Shown one piece after another: positions 51,959 to 52,747 of a DNA stretch of 52,747 bases. A program made the translations under genes and the position numbers. This DNA comes from Candidatus Planktophila sp. Its GTDB lineage: Bacteria; Actinomycetota; Actinomycetes; Nanopelagicales; Nanopelagicaceae. Where the stretch lies: contig JBILAD010000001.1 of NCBI GenBank assembly GCA_044354355.1, forward strand, positions 1-52,747. The letters are read 5' to 3'. The notes below the pieces were generated by a model. The model saw nothing but the letters and a program-made list of their open reading frames with translations. It ran no database searches and had not been told where the DNA came from. Numbering within the stretch: position 1 is the first letter of the stretch; every line of letters begins with the position of its first letter.

Positions 51959-51975
51959 GTTACATTATGTAAAGT
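51948..51975 (+). other. dif site (XerCD chromosome dimer resolution)
   Basis: 11-6-11 layout TACGCCGATAA-GTTACA-TTATGTAAAGT; XerC arm ends in ATAA and XerD arm is TTATGTnAA, as in canonical dif; lies between convergent genes. Confidence 0.85.
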
Positions 51976-52012
51976 AAGATTGATCTAGACAAGCGTGGAT
52001 TAAGCACCACTC

Positions 52013-52747
52013 CTATCGATAATCATCCAAGGGCGTGCAGGCACAGACCAGATTGCGATCTCCATGGGCACCGTCAATGCGTCCCACAGGTGGCCAATAC
52101 TTCATCCGAGAGCCAATGGACTCACCTGCCACTAGACCATCTAAAGCAACCGGGTAGCCACCCTTTTCGCGGCTGTACTGCCTCTCCCACTGGCTTGTGA
52201 CCACAGAAAGGGCTGTATGGGGCGCATGGCGCAACGCTGAGCTCTCTATGGTGATTTTCCCGTCGATGACCTCTTGAATCTCAGCTCGGATCGAGATCAT
52301 GGCATCGATGAAACGATGAATCTCTCTGATGTCCTCAGATTCTGTTGGTTCAATCATCAAAGTGCCGGCCACGGGGAATGACATTGTCGGAGCATGGAAA
52401 CCGAAATCCATCAGACGCTTTGCAATGTCATCAACACTGACGCCAGAATCCTTTGTCAACCCTCGAATATCTAGGATGCATTCATGTGCCACACGACCAT
52501 TAGCACCGGTGTAGAGAACTGGATAGGAATCTTGAAGTCGAGCAGCCATGTAATTGGCAGACAAGATTGCTACCTGAGTTGAATGGGTAAGCCCTTCTCC
52601 CCCTAGCAATCGAATATATGCCCACGAAATAGGCAAAATACTTGCAGATCCAAATGGTGCCCCTGAAATAGGGCCAGGACCAGTTACTGGACCCGCTGAT
52701 GAATCCATCGGATGGTTAGGCAAGAACGGAGCAAGGTGAGCACGGGC
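52013..52747 (-). CDS. gcvP: glycine dehydrogenase P protein (3' part; runs off window)
   Basis: [44 protein letters not shown]. Confidence 0.96.
   Translation of the reverse strand, partial: ARAHLAPFLPNHPMDSSAGPVTGPGPISGAPFGSASILPISWAYIRLLGGEGLTHSTQVAILSANYMAARLQDSYPVLYTGANGRVAHECILDIRGLTKDSGVSVDDIAKRLMDFGFHAPTMSFPVAGTLMIEPTESEDIREIHRFIDAMISIRAEIQEVIDGKITIESSALRHAPHTALSVVTSQWERQYSREKGGYPVALDGLVAGESIGSRMKYWPPVGRIDGAHGDRNLVCACTPLDDYR

Noticed and set aside
51960-51972. TTACAT-T-ATGTAA palindrome as an operator or terminator
   Set aside because: Better explained as the spacer plus XerD arm of the dif site

Overview
A densely packed core-genome segment from a streamlined, moderate-GC actinobacterium. 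Gene content, very short intergenic spacers and gene losses suggest a freshwater acI/Ca. Nanopelagicales-type organism (inference). Gene order: aroB-aroQ-efp-nusB; divergent bldD-like regulator; pyr/car operon with a PyrR site; mIHF-Gmk fusion; rpoZ-coaBC-metK-priA-def-fmt-rsmB-rpe-hisE-hisG; split ACT/serB; ung; a nucleobase-salvage neighbourhood (NCS2 permease, tdk, apt) with tRNA-Leu(GAG); mshC cluster; metH; trmI-pafBC-tatAC-helY-lnt with the Pup-proteasome genes missing; a dif site; and the 3' part of gcvP. I saw no mobile elements or CRISPR arrays. Most notable: the mIHF-guanylate kinase fusion, a BldD orthologue with an intact c-di-GMP motif, a prfB-like CUU-UAA +1 junction in the split serB, a candidate riboswitch-like leader on the purine permease, a tRNA ending 1 nt before the apt start codon, widespread leaderless promoters (including a 20-bp bidirectional one), and a dif site overlapping the lnt stop. 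All calls come from motif recognition by eye; no searches were run.
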